The translations under genes and the position numbers were made by a program. A stretch of DNA of 63,432 nucleotides, filler included, from Phoronis australis (lineage: Eukaryota > Animalia > Phoronida): NCBI GenBank assembly GCA_002633005.1. It is 10 parts of 10 records of this genome, joined end to end, with 100 filler letters (N's around TTAATTAATTAA, not from the genome) between each part and the next. Parts side by side here need not be neighbours in the genome. Positions count along the whole stretch, not along the records: positions 27,483 to 51,797 come from NMRA01001361.1; 9 more parts are not named here. One strand, 5' to 3'. Of this stretch, positions 36,501-48,336 are shown one piece after another (within the stretch, counting starts at the first letter, position 1; every line of letters starts with the position of its first letter). A model generated the notes under the pieces. It saw only the letters and a list, made by a program, of their open reading frames with translations, did not search any database and had not been told where the DNA came from.

Positions 36501-39211
36501 TTTCATTGGTTTGCCAGTCCAGCATCGAACTCTCCAGCTCTGGCAAGAATCAACTGTAATTCCGATATACTTTCAAACTTCTGTGGCACTTTGCACGACC
36601 TCAGATGACGTCTTTAACACAGCTAATAAAGGCCGCATTTCCTCTGCAATCACACTTGTGTTGCGAAAATTGACCAAATGTACAAGAAGGAAATTCCTCC
36701 ATATTATTTGCAGTGACAGGAAGTGCATGTAATCTCGAAGCCTAACGTGCTATTGGTAAAGGTAAACAAAGCATGGAGTGTTTTAGAAAATTGGGGGCTC
36801 AAAAGTAAAATTTAAATTTTTGTGATATTGCATTGTTGATACTAGATAATATATTTTACGTGATATCTCTGAACTGAAAAAGTAGCCTCAATTCTCTTGT
36901 CAGTCAGAGTAAGACCACATCACAAAAATGCCCAAATTCGAGGTCCACGTTTAGCACTAAATGTATAAGAGACAAGTTTTTGTTTCAAAACAATTATCGA
37001 AGTTCAATCTTAGAAGTGTCTACACAAAGAATTTCAACTTCAAAAATAATCCGATATAGCAGGCAGGTTAAGCAACATCTTGCCACTTGTGACTGGCCTG
37101 AAAAGTGGTCTTGGAGTTTTCTCCCCTGCTGGAAATTTAATAGTACCTATGAATTGCAAATTTTCTTTTCTTACGAACTTACATGAGCCTTTATGACCAT
37201 CGATGTCAAACTTTGTCACCAGTTTTCCAAGTCTGATTTTTTGCCGTTCAAAATGCAGTTTTACTGACACGAAAAAATGCAAACTATGCCTTTATAGCCA
37301 AATAGGTCATATCTCGGTAACCAAAGGTCCTTGAGCGCAAATATTGCAGCCATGTACTTTAGGCCAGCATCCTAACACATGCACAAAATATTAGCTCTGT
37401 ATGAATTTTTTGAGTATACATGTATAGTGATTTTTCATTTCATATGATTTTTTATATGGCATCATTCTTAAGCTTTTCCGTTTCTCAATGATCTAAGATG
37501 ATTTACTTATTTTTGTGACTTTTCGTGAATCAAAGTTATTAAAAATTCACCAACAAGTGACATCTCAGGTATAACAATACACTAGTGGTGATAGTTTAAT
37601 TCGAGTCAATAAGAGGCTGGTAGAGGCAAGACTGCTGTGAGATCTAGTTCGCTAGGGTACGTCCTCATCCTGCCGTCCTCATGACGTCCTAGCGCCGTCT
37701 CGTTGGCGCCAGAAAAAATCTAGACACCTACAGCCGATTTCATAAAGGTGGTTTAACAAAACTAGGTTTAAGACTTAAACCTGGTCTTCCTAAAGCTGGT
37801 CTAATTTTAGACCTAACTTGCATTTCACCAACATGGTTTAAGAGTCTGAAAGCCTGGTTTTGCTAGACCAGGGAGCTGGTTCAGTAGAACCAGGTTTAAA
37901 GTATCAAAGGCACCCCACTGTGTCGAGCTGGGTAAACCCAACAAAGAAACTATTGAAGTGCTTCAATGAAACCTTGATCACGTGGGTATAGAATGGCATG
38001 CACCAGTAGAATCAGTGCAGACATTTACGACAAAGGTCTAAAAGCTTTTCTCATGAGGAAAAATGTAATTTGTGTGCCCAACACACCCACATTAAAGAAC
38101 ATGCTCACGATTAGATGTAACATGATAAATGCCCAAATTTATTTCCGTGTCATTTTAGTATTTATTTTTCGCGGCCAAAGGGGGGGGGGTGCAAGACCCC
38201 TTCCCGGCAACAAGTTGAATCGGAGAACAGTGGAGGTGGAACTCAGTCAGAAGAATCAAAGGATGCGGTCTTAAGTCAAATCCGTAGGGCTTGCGACGAT
38301 GAGACCTGCTCGACCAGTCGTATGCTGAGGAATCCGCAGGACACACTCCAGCACGTACTGGTCTACGCATAGGCGGATCCAGGGGGGTCAAGGGGTCAGG
38401 AGCCCCCCTTTTCCTTGATTTTAATGATATAAAATCTATAATTTTCAAATTGTTGACTTGGTCCCCCCTTTCAAAAAGTCCTTGACCGTCCCCTCTCCTT
38501 TAAAAATCCTGGATCCGCCCCTGCTACGTTTGGTCTCGTGTCGTAGTAAACCTGAATAATGAAAATAGTCCATTTTCGCTCTAAAACTGCGTCGCAATTG
38601 CACACCGCGCCATCATTCAGTTGTACCTATACCATGCAAGTCTGACATATTTAACAGTTAAACCTGGGTCTGACCAAGTCTAAAGTTAAACATGGTTTAA
38701 GATCTTAATACAGGTCTAAAGAATATAGACATCGTTGGTGAAATGAAAACTGACTTAGACCAGGTCTATACTGGAGTTAAACCAGGTTTTACAAGACCAC
38801 TGGTCTAAAAGTTAAACCACCTTTATGAAATGCAGATTATCATTAAACCTGGTCTAAGTCCAGTTTAAACCTGGTTTAACTTTAAACCACCTTTATGAAA
38901 TCGGCTGCTACTGTTTGTATTTATGCTCTGGACTAATTAATCACTGTTTCTTGCTGGTTAAAAAACACGTGTTCTACAATTTCTAGTTTGACGACAGTCT
39001 GCGCAAAAGCCATGAACTCTACGACATCGTCAGGGGAAGCGGTTCGTTAGAACCAATGGATGTATACCAGTGCAAACCGGGGACCTTTTCCAAATTGCGA
39101 GAAATGATACTTGGGGACAACGAGCGTGCATCTGCATGCCAGTTTAAGATGCCACGGGCTCAGCGGAGTCCAAAGTATCTAAATCTTCTCTGGAGAAACG
39201 TCGTCGAATAA
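27551..39211 (+). CDS. GH3-domain protein (GH3 acyl-acid amido synthetase / GHDC family), complete, 6 exons, 618 aa: 27551-27590, 28306-29528, 30643-30770, 31939-32087, 34330-34421, 38987-39211
   Basis: All introns are GT..AG with compatible phases; the exons sum to 1857 nt, ATG to TAA. GH3 hallmarks: EEFRARHPLTSYQHYRPY, WTSGTSGKNK, PNPVRADELR..F..VWP, YHASTEG, FFEFI, YEMVITTAFGLYRYRLGDVV, LNAFWEKT, KPGTF, QFKMPR. Exon 1 (MAIFTLTLLFKML) is inferred from phase and hydrophobicity and is the least certain. Confidence 0.92.
33815..34290. repeat. Degenerate (GAT/ATG)n low-complexity microsatellite in GH3 intron 4
   Basis: Long run of gat/gac/aat triplets; it produces the spurious Met/Ile-rich ORFs in the track. 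Confidence 0.9.
34479..37467. mobile_element. ~3-kb Kolobok-like DNA transposon derivative in GH3 intron 5
   Basis: TTAA|GAACAATTCCATATAAAAATCA ... TGATTTTTTATATGGCATCATTC|TTAA. A stop-interrupted remnant SELQLILARAGEF..ICFTH lies on the minus strand near 36450-36570, and a related left end occurs at ~41386. Confidence 0.6.
37731..38907. mobile_element. PIF/Harbinger-type non-autonomous element in GH3 intron 5
   Basis: 26-bp TIR CAGCCGATTTCATAAAGGTGGTTTAA, 3-bp TSD CTA on both sides, subterminal AAACCTGGT/ACCAGGTTT repeats. Confidence 0.85.
38368..38523. mobile_element. hAT-like MITE with a 5-bp TSD, nested in the Harbinger element
   Basis: CTACG|CATAGGCGGATCCAGG ... CCTGGATCCGCCCCTG|CTACG. 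Confidence 0.85.
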
Positions 39212-39599
39212 GTATTTAAGTCTGTTGATCAAGTGAATTCAAGAAAAATACACTTTGAAGTTCTCCTTTGCATGACTGCACTTTGCATAGACCATTGTAG
39301 ACGGTCGGGATTGCCTCCCTTTGACAGATACATGTATTTACATGTAACGACAGTACGTTATACTGGACTTGTTTAAGTTTGGTAATAGTGCACGTCCATT
39401 ATCAATAATGTTTATCGAACCTACGTTATCCTAGACTGGATGAAGTAAATTTCGTAATGGTGCACCTTGTTTTATAAAATCATCTACCTGTATAGCACGT
39501 ACACTGTATGTATTATAGAAATACTTTATTGTAGACTGTTGAAGTAACTGTGGTCACGTTGCACATCTCTGAATCATAAAGATAATTCAAAATAATTTT

Positions 39600-40060
39600 T
39601 ATCATTTCCGCCATAGACAGACGATCTTGCACAACAAGGCGGTCCCGATTGGAGACCATTTCAATCTCCCGGAACACACTCAATGCAATGGGCTGCCTGA
39701 TATTCACTTGCGTACAAAGCGCGAGGCCGAGTTCATTACCAGATCCAATACTCATGCCAGAGGTTTAAACAGGGACATACGTATTCTATCTCACTACATG
39801 TACACTACAAGTCTGTAACGAATAGAGGTCGGTAGTTGCAAGCCCGTATCGGTTTAGATCATTCCTCTCACCATTCGTACCTTCTCTTAGTTGTCGTGAC
39901 CGATATTATTCTCATTGCCTAGTGTGTATCACCATGCGGTCATTTTTTCTACTTAATACAGTATGTCTAATTATTCGGCAGGCTCTGTCATACCCTTGAT
40001 AAACAACGTACCTCTCGAAACCTGGGGACTATTTTAATATATAATTTAATTTCAACGCTC
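39600..40060 (+). mobile_element. 3' remnant of a Penelope-like retroelement (GIY-YIG C-terminus plus pLTR)
   Basis: HNKAVPIGDHFNLPEH..REAEFITRSNTHARGLNRD matches the PLE endonuclease tail (HF..H..RE..I..GLN). It is followed by a hammerhead-like motif at ~39990-40030. Confidence 0.7.
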
Positions 40061-40379
40061 GCCGTATTTATTTTCTTATTTCAAAATAATGTTTAAGACG
40101 ATGATGATGGCGATTACCATGACCCTGATGGTCATTGAATTTTCCAACATTTCGAGAACCTAGTCAATCAGTTTCCTTCCTTTCGGAAAAAAAGAGTTTG
40201 TTACGGCTGGTGCTAATCGCGCGTTTTCCACCTCAAAATGCCAGGGCCAAATAAATTTAGCCCCAAGACTTTGTTTCTAGGTAAGACAGGTAAACATAGG
40301 CAAACATTCATGCAGAAGGACAGACAAACGTGCTTACTTTGGTAACGGTCCTTCTTTTGAATTGTATTTACGACACTGA

Positions 40380-40830
40380 GAAGCTATTTAGTCGCCTGTT
40401 GGTTGGGAAACAACAACACAGCATTGAATTGGCTGATTCTTTCAGTACGAGCTAACTCCAGGACCTACAGACTGATTCATGAATACGGCTGCCCGAGGAG
40501 GGGTGATAAGGTCATCCTGGTCATGTCTCTCGGTTGCTTTGTCACAAATCATTCTTCTCCAGACGTGGTGTTCATCGATGCTGTCCAGTTTCTGTATCAT
40601 GTCGTCTGGTCAGCCTCCAGAAATACAGGAGATTTGGCGGCAAGCTTTGTTACACGACTAGCCCACTATCCACCCGCTGAAAGAAAGCAGTTCTGACAGG
40701 CACATATAATCAAGAAACTCTCTGTGCAAAGGATCATGACAGCTCAAGTCGAGGAAAGGCTAAGGAAGTCCCACTAAGCTTAAACACCCACTCCATGCCG
40801 ATCTAGGTACGGTGTCCAAAAGGAGAGGCC
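40380..40830 (+). mobile_element. Academ (AcademX-type) transposon remnant, XPG/PIN nuclease region
   Basis: Frameshifted QYELTPGP..LIHEYGCPRRGDK..PDVVFIDAVQFLYHVVW..GDLAASFVTRLAHY..F DR..SAKDH resembles the yELs.vP.sL..G.mrk / D...ll..v.W / FD.Y..S.K motifs of these elements. Confidence 0.55.
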
Positions 40831-43800
40831 TCTACAAAAACGACAAGTTTTAGAAAGACCTGGAAACCTGAGACTTGTCGATGTACATGTAAATTTTAAG
40901 ACATTTCCTATCATAAAAATCAGGTTGTGTTCTCAATATATCCACAGTAAAGTACATATGTTTATTTTTTCATATAAGATTGGTTTTTACACGACACCTG
41001 TCGTTATTTACAATCTTAACTCGTATCCTCGGAACAACGTTCGACAACCAACAGAACATTGGTAAAGCAATTGACCAAAAGACATGATTATAAAACACGA
41101 TATTTCGAAACACAATTGTTTTATTTTCAAGTGAAAATAAAATGAAGCAGTAATAAAACCACAGAGCAAAAGCTAGAAGCACACACGGTGGGACACGACA
41201 GGTGTGAATCACTGTAAAGATGGACAAATGGAGGGGGGGGGGGGAGTAACACGAAAGTCACGCAAACAAGTGTAGCGTGCGGAGCTATAATGTTTGTTTC
41301 TCAATCATAATGGCTTCTCGAATGCAATCAAGATCGTGTGTAGATGATGGATTCGGTATGATTAGAAAGAGGAGACAATGCTTTAAGAGTGACTCTGTAT
41401 AAAAACCAACAGGTAGAGTCCATACCCAAAATCACAGATTCTTTAGACTTAGCACATGACTTTGGTATGTTGATATTTAGAAAAATTTCGCTTTTTATGA
41501 ATTTCCATTCCTTATTTCTGTTTTCATGACATGTACTTCCTTTTCACAACAAAATTGTGCGCCAAAGGTGACATGTTTGATTGGATTTTACTACCATGTA
41601 AAGGTAGCTGATAACAAATGAGTGATACAGTTTAAAGGATTATGAGCGAATAAGTTAATGGCATAACTTTCCAAATTCATTTTCAAATTTTATGCTTTGA
41701 TTTTGCGTGGCACAAACGACAATTTTGCAGGTTTCACGGAAGTGATTTTCCACCAAATTTTGCACTCTGTTGCAGCCCTATCACACCATTTAAAACTTGC
41801 CTTATAATAATTGTTAGAGTCTTTCCTTAACTCTTCATGATCTAAAATAAAAAATCTTGCCTCTCCAGTAGTTTTTTACTACCAAGCACTACACGAATTG
41901 CGCTTCATCCTAATTGCCTGTTCTCAGTTGCCTCAGCCACCGATAGGGTGCCTCTTGAAACATGTAATTTAAGCTTGCAAAAACTTTGTAAAGAGATTGT
42001 ACATGTAGTTTGGACAAAAAGCTGACCCTGTACTAATTACCATTCTCTTAGAACCACACTGATGATTATTGCTTATTATCAAAATTGTGACTGGCATGCA
42101 TGCTTCGTCTAAAACATAGATGTCATTGGTGTTTGTTTACATGGAGACTGCGGACGCGACTACAGCAGCACAATCTGCCTTGCTCGTGTTTATAACAGAT
42201 GTGAAACACTGAAAAAATGGACAAATGGAGGGGGTAACAGAATCCCAACCACCCCTACAATAGAGAAATCAAGAGACCGTTCTTAACCAGATTCAAAGAA
42301 CACCAGAAATTAGACAATCTTGTGTCCATGGGAGCAACCAGGATTATTTAACATGGGGCTCAATCGTGTTTCACCGAAAATTTTTTACTAACACAAAAGC
42401 ATTTGTATTCAAAAGTGCATAGGGATATTGTTGAAGTTATTTTCGTTTCCATATTCTTAGCATCCCCCAATTCGATCATCATCATTATCCTTGGCGTCCT
42501 TGCCATACCTTAATTCGTCATCATCGTCATAATAAACGTTCGCATCGGCAAGTGAAGAACAGGTTCTGAAACGTTTGTCAGGGCTAAAACTAAAGCAGAC
42601 ATCCGATGCAAAATGACGTTGGGCTGCAGATGTTCCCGCTGTTGAGACAACAATTTTTATTTGCTAAATGCATAGTCAAATGTCGTTAACAAATGGCGGT
42701 GTAATAAAAAATGGTAAAGGACATAATGCTATACTCACATTACTTTTCATTTTGATTAACGATCATCTCCGGGACCTTTACCTACCATTGTTCGGTACAT
42801 GTACATCGTCTCTGCTACTTCTGCATGCATAGCCTGCGTAAAGGTTGTGTGCCAGCGACATTTTGGGCGTCTTCGTTGTATTTAGAACAATAATTGTTCA
42901 GAGGGTTTTATAGATGAAAAATTTTCATCGGGGACCTTCCAGTACAGCAATGGCGCAGACGAACATGATCGGGCGGAACAATGACACCACCTGGTGTTAG
43001 ACAAGAAAGATGACAGATTGCCACTGAGGCCACTGAAATACAAGTTTCACAAATGTGACCCTGTTTAATTACAAAGTTTAAACTTCTTTTCTTCAGTATT
43101 TATCCTCCAAAATACGAAAATTTAATTAAACCTCATAATACCTTAAAGTCAAACTTTAGTAGTATTCAGTATCGTGATGGCATTTGAACATTGTCAGTCG
43201 CTAAAGAAAATACTTTAGTTTTTTGTTTGGCCAACTCTTAAATTTGAAAATGTCTCATACATGTAAGCTCACCGTTGATGACTTTTCGGTTCATTCGACT
43301 GTTGAAAATCCGATGATGGTGGTTTAGAATTTATATTTAACTACTGTTTTTGCTACATGTAAATACACATTTTGTATGTAAAGTCTGATACCAAAAGAAC
43401 TTTCAATAAGTTATCGACTAAGTTATTAATATTGATCAACATCCTTTTAATTTTGCTGGTCCTTGTAAAAAGTAAGGTCACGTGCCACAAAAACGGCATT
43501 CTAGTATAAAATTGACATTTAAATTGTAATGTTTTCCTCTATTCTGAAACTAAAAGTTCCTGACGAGACAGGAACAGTATTTATACCGCATTATACAATA
43601 AAACGTGTTTCGCAAATGTTTATCTGTTCAGGATAATATACAGTGGTCGTTTTTAAAGCTCCATCGAAAATTTGAAATGAACGATATAATTTTTCTGCTT
43701 TTGTTCAGCCTTATAACACAAATCGTCAATATTGTAAATAATACACCTTAATAAGTTGTCGCTATTTTTGCTGACACAAACTGGTATTCAAAATAATACT

Positions 43801-46084
43801 GTTTCCCTACCTAAAGTTAAATTAGGATTGTTATTGTAAAACATTTATTTACGAAGTTCCTCTTAACTTTGTTTAGTTGCATGTCACTCATTAAAACGTG
43901 TTACAAGGTTTTTGTTCACAATAGCAACATGAAAGTATATCTAAACGTATTCTTTGTGTCGCTTATCGTAACGAGTGAAATTAACCAGTCCACTGTGCAT
44001 TTAAAGACACGGGTTTTGCTTTGGTTGTAGATAAAGGGAAAACTCATGTTTTTTCTTGCCACGAATATCTTTTCATCACCTGTGCACTAAAGGACAGAAA
44101 ATACAAAATCAATCTTTTCAGCGAATACAACTCCAAGTGGAATTAACGTTCCTCCCTCACAGATAAGCCACATAATCACAACCAGGTTTGCGTTCAGTAG
44201 ACAGAAACGAATAACGCAAACGGTTAACTCACGGAAGTGTTCCTGAGAAATCAGCATGAACTGCAAGAGGAGAGAGGGGTCCTACTAGCTTAAGTTGTTA
44301 GTGTCTTGTTGCTACAGAGCCTAAACATCACAGGCCAACCTGAGGTAAACGCTTCCACAAATGTAATGACACCTTCTGTATAAATAGTATTGCCTTCTGC
44401 TTCAGTTAATTTCTGAATCAGATTAAGCTTCGAACAGTTTCGGACTTACACTTGTGTGTGAGACAGAATTACAATTTTGCAGCATGTGACGTAGCCATGC
44501 ACTTGATGGTGAGCACTATACCGAACAATGACTTCATTTTATTGGGAAACTGACTACACTCAAAGAGATCCCTGTGAATAAGCATTCAAAACTTGGACGC
44601 AAATTCAGATGATTAGAATACATATTTCTCTTCTTAGCTTCCAGGTTAAATACATACATGTCATTGACAAGAAAGTATTTCTGCAATATCAGGCTTGTCC
44701 TCTGCCTGATATCAGAAAGCCATCCTATTAATATTATCCTAAATACATACACTTATCTAGGATATGTTAGAAACGACGTTGACGTGTTCGTTTTTGGAGG
44801 CCTGCGAAGACACCTTTCCTGGGAAATAAAGGTTACTAGCAACCTTCTACGACTGCCTCTTCCGATCAAGTTATTTCTTTGCAAACATGATATCAAACAA
44901 ATAGAATGGATTGTTGTCACTGTAGATTTGCGTGACAGAAAGTTCACTGTTTCGGTTTCCTTATTGTTTATGTTACCATCTTGACTAGACGTAACTTATT
45001 TTGATGTATGCACAAAACGAAATGTTTTTTATTTTGGTAGTCAAATGATGTAGTTGGTTCATCTTATTAAGTCCCTCTAAAACGACATTTCCTATTTAAC
45101 GTCATGGCGTTGCACTGGAGTATGAACTTATGCTCGGAAAATTTGTGTTTTCGTGTTTTCTACAAAAAGCCCGATTTCAACTGATAACTATTTTGAAGTT
45201 CACTCGATGGGTGGTTCGGTGATGTTTTTATCAATTACACTGTATTCAACAAATTCAAGAGTAGTCAGGATTTTGAGAGTTTGTCTGGATTACACAAGCT
45301 CTCGCAAGATGACACCATATATCATAAACTTTTAGAGGTTAGTGCATGGATTTCCGCAACGTGTCTTAAACTCAGTTTTAGGAGTTTCACGGCATGGTTT
45401 ACATGTATGCCTTCACTTAAATGTTGTTAGGAAACTAGGGTAGTTGGCATCCATAAGGTATAACAGAACCTTCCTACGTTTGAGCTAATGCAAGGCAATA
45501 CAAATATAAAACACAACTCCACAAAGCGAATCAGGAAAGGTACGCAGAAAAATAAACGGAGACTGGAACAAATAAATTACTTGCACCTTGTAAACGATAG
45601 TGCACTTGTCCTCATATTCATGCAGTCAGTGAGCTAAAGCTATCGGTGACTCTACTCTAAACAAACTGAAAAATGGACTTTATTTTGCCTCGCAAAACAG
45701 GAGCGCTGTTGATGAAGACGGAAGCATTATAGTTCCTTTCCTTCTTTCTTCAAATCGAGCTTACTTCCTGCGTAAGGCACTTCGACGGCCAAGGCTTTAA
45801 TGTTGATCCTCTTTGCAATGAGTTGCATAGTCAGATTCTCTGGATCACTTGTCTGTTTGCTTCAAAGATTGTGTTGATTCTGTTGATACTTCTCCACCAT
45901 TTCCTGCTCTGTGAAATGGCGGGGAAGACCAGCTACAACTTTGACCAGTACATGATATTTTCAACCTGTTTGGCACATTGATCTTATATTGATTTCCAAA
46001 TTGGCTAGTCTTTACGTAATCAGATATGCATTACAAACAAAAGGAATGTTAATAAAGTAAAGGTTGTGGATTGCCGTAGACGTC

Positions 46085-47866
46085 CTGCCATATACATGTA
46101 ACATACGTTGCATCCTCCTGATACATGTGAATGAAAGTCAAGCACCTGAGTTTGCCACATTTCACAGAGCCATCCTCTTGGTGGTCCATGTTAATGAACC
46201 TGCCTGTAACTAGGATATTCCTCAGATTGGGAGGCAGCCTGAAGACCAGACGGGGCCTACTGGGGAAAACCCTAGTTAAGTAACAGCGGACTGAGTTCAA
46301 CAAAAATCCTATTCAGAGTTCTATTTACACCAGAATGAAACCTAGTGACAAAAGATTCTTCATCTGGTCCTTATGGATCAGGAGTTTCTCCCTAGAAATA
46401 GATTGTACCTTGTGCAGAGTGTCGGATACCTAACTTGGTTCAAAACCCTTATCAGCGAACCTAGCGGACAACAGTGTATTTTTTAAGAAATCGGAATCAT
46501 TATTCATATGCGGCGACAGCGAATATCCTGTAAATAATTGACCTTCTAATATGACTGGGGTGGAAACTCTCAGAACGTACATTTAAGTGTGCTTAGATCA
46601 CTTTATTTTGAGAACACATTAATGAAAGTCATAAAATTCCCTAATTATGCTAATTAGCTTCCGCCTTTACCGAAAAATCTTTGTCAGTTTGCCGGCAAAC
46701 ATGAAAAATATGGTTTCTAAACCTATGTTTTGAAGGTTTAGAAAAATCACTGTGACACAAGTGAAGCTTTTTATTTCGTTTTTACTAAGTTACAAAGTTT
46801 CATTAATATAACCTAAACTTAAATTAGTAATCAGGATTATCAATGCTTTTTGGCGAACATCTCACTATTAAGCTAAGACATAAAAGTATTGTAAACATAA
46901 CAACAGGGCTTTTAAATACTGTTTTAAAGCGATGCATGGCTATATCGTCCCATTTTGGATAGGAAAATACCGTCCTCACAGAGGAGCAAACACTCTGCTG
47001 CAGATTAATGGAGCTTACGTGGTCGGTACCAGGATACCAAAATATGTTAATATCTCGCTTAGGGGATCTTCACGTATCGATGAACTTCATCAACGCCATA
47101 GAAGATGACATGAGTGGTTCCGGAATAGCTGAGGTGTGGAGAGAGAGGGGCGTACTTGGTAAAGGCACTGTAGAACTGGCCCTCAGTGGAATGCCGTACA
47201 GCAAAGCTACAGTATGAGAGAACACAAACTGTTTTTTTCAAGCTATGTGGCATCTCCTGGTGCCAAGACTTCTCTCGTTTATTGCAGAAACGGACGAGAG
47301 TTCTCATGCTTGTATTAAGAGTGTATGTCTGCTGATAATGATCCACTGAAAATTCCGGAGTTGACAACTTTTCTCAATCAGGATAAGTTCAGAATACTCC
47401 TGGGCATTTTGTCAACAGTAGGTCTGATGACGTGAATTTCACCTTCTGGTGGAGTTACAGGGACATGCTTGCAACATTGTTACAATTCACGTGCGCTCAA
47501 CGGGTTGACATTTGGGAACAGCATCTCTAATCATTTAGTTTCATGCTGCCCTACTGAATTGTGTCCGATGGGGTTCGATCTGTTTGGTAGTCATTTTTTG
47601 CCACACAATGTTACGACATTATCCAGAAAGTTGTTACTCTCTTAGGATTACCGAGTAAATCTAACTTGATACTAGCATTGGCGCGGTTAAGTGTGTCAAA
47701 GAACTCTGTAAATGAGTCTTTGTCATGAGGCCATACCATGAAGATATCGTCAATGTACATGTATATCTGACGTAAAGTGATAGACTCAAAAGTTAGTAAC
47801 ATAAAAATCGTTCTTATAAGTCTGCCAAAATCAGTATGGCGTACAGTGGAGTATCTAGGATACCAT
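46085..47866 (-). mobile_element. Degenerate Penelope-like (Neptune-type) reverse transcriptase, split by an Academ insertion
   Basis: 47560-47866 reads YIDDIFMVWPH..FTEFFDTLN..IK. 46085-46580 reads SESFHPSHIRRSIIY..RCRRI..KGF..VFPSRPRLVFRLPPNLRNILV..KCGKLRC. Stops and frameshifts are present. Confidence 0.8.
46585..47555 (+). mobile_element. Academ transposon fragment (terminal region plus transposase remnant)
   Basis: RLGDLHVSMNFINAI..MSGSGIAEVW..GVLGKGT..LSG.PYSKA/MREHKLFFQAMW and FTFWWSY..LLQFTCAQRVDIWEQHL..MLPY fit the RLGGxH..SG and fW..Y..R.G.W..HL..MLP motifs of Academ transposases. Confidence 0.65.
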
Positions 47867-48336
47867 TAGGGCGGGGAGAAACATGTTGCCTCGGGGAATA
47901 GGGCAAAGCGCGATTGCATTTGCACAGGCCTGAAAGTTGTGAGGGCTGGGGATGTGGTCTTTCTGTTCAGAAAATCTATCGGTGGACTAAAAAAACAAGA
48001 AAAAGCTGGGGTCTGAGCCCCACTCATCCGTTACCGCTTCTAGTTGCAGTTGGGGTCCAACATGTTGCCTCCGGGAGTTGGGCAAAGCGCGATTGCATTT
48101 GCACAGGCCTGAAATTTGCGGGGGCTGGGGATGTGGTCCTTCTGTTCAGAAAATCTATCGGTGGACTAAAAAAAACGGGGACACGATCCCGCTGGGGTCT
48201 GAGCCCCCCTCATCCGGTACCGGTTTTAGTTGCTAAACTCAATATTTCCCCGCGCTCCACGCTGTTGCTGTTTCACTTTGCTTGCGGTAGCCAAAGGGGG
48301 GCTGGCCCCCTGCCCCCCTCCCTAAGTCCCCCTATG
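47864..48336 (-). mobile_element. hAT-like MITE with an internal 179-bp tandem duplication
   Basis: Units start at 47882 and 48061 (catgttgcct..gggcaaagcgcgattgcatttgcacaggcctgaaa..); the terminus is CCCTAAGTCCCCCTATG. Confidence 0.7.

Noticed and set aside
16723-39211. Apparent metabolic cluster of acetyl-CoA synthetase, monocarboxylate transporter and GH3 amido synthetase
   Set aside because: The three genes lie on different pieces separated by artificial linkers (17336, 23788, 27383), so the adjacency is an assembly product.
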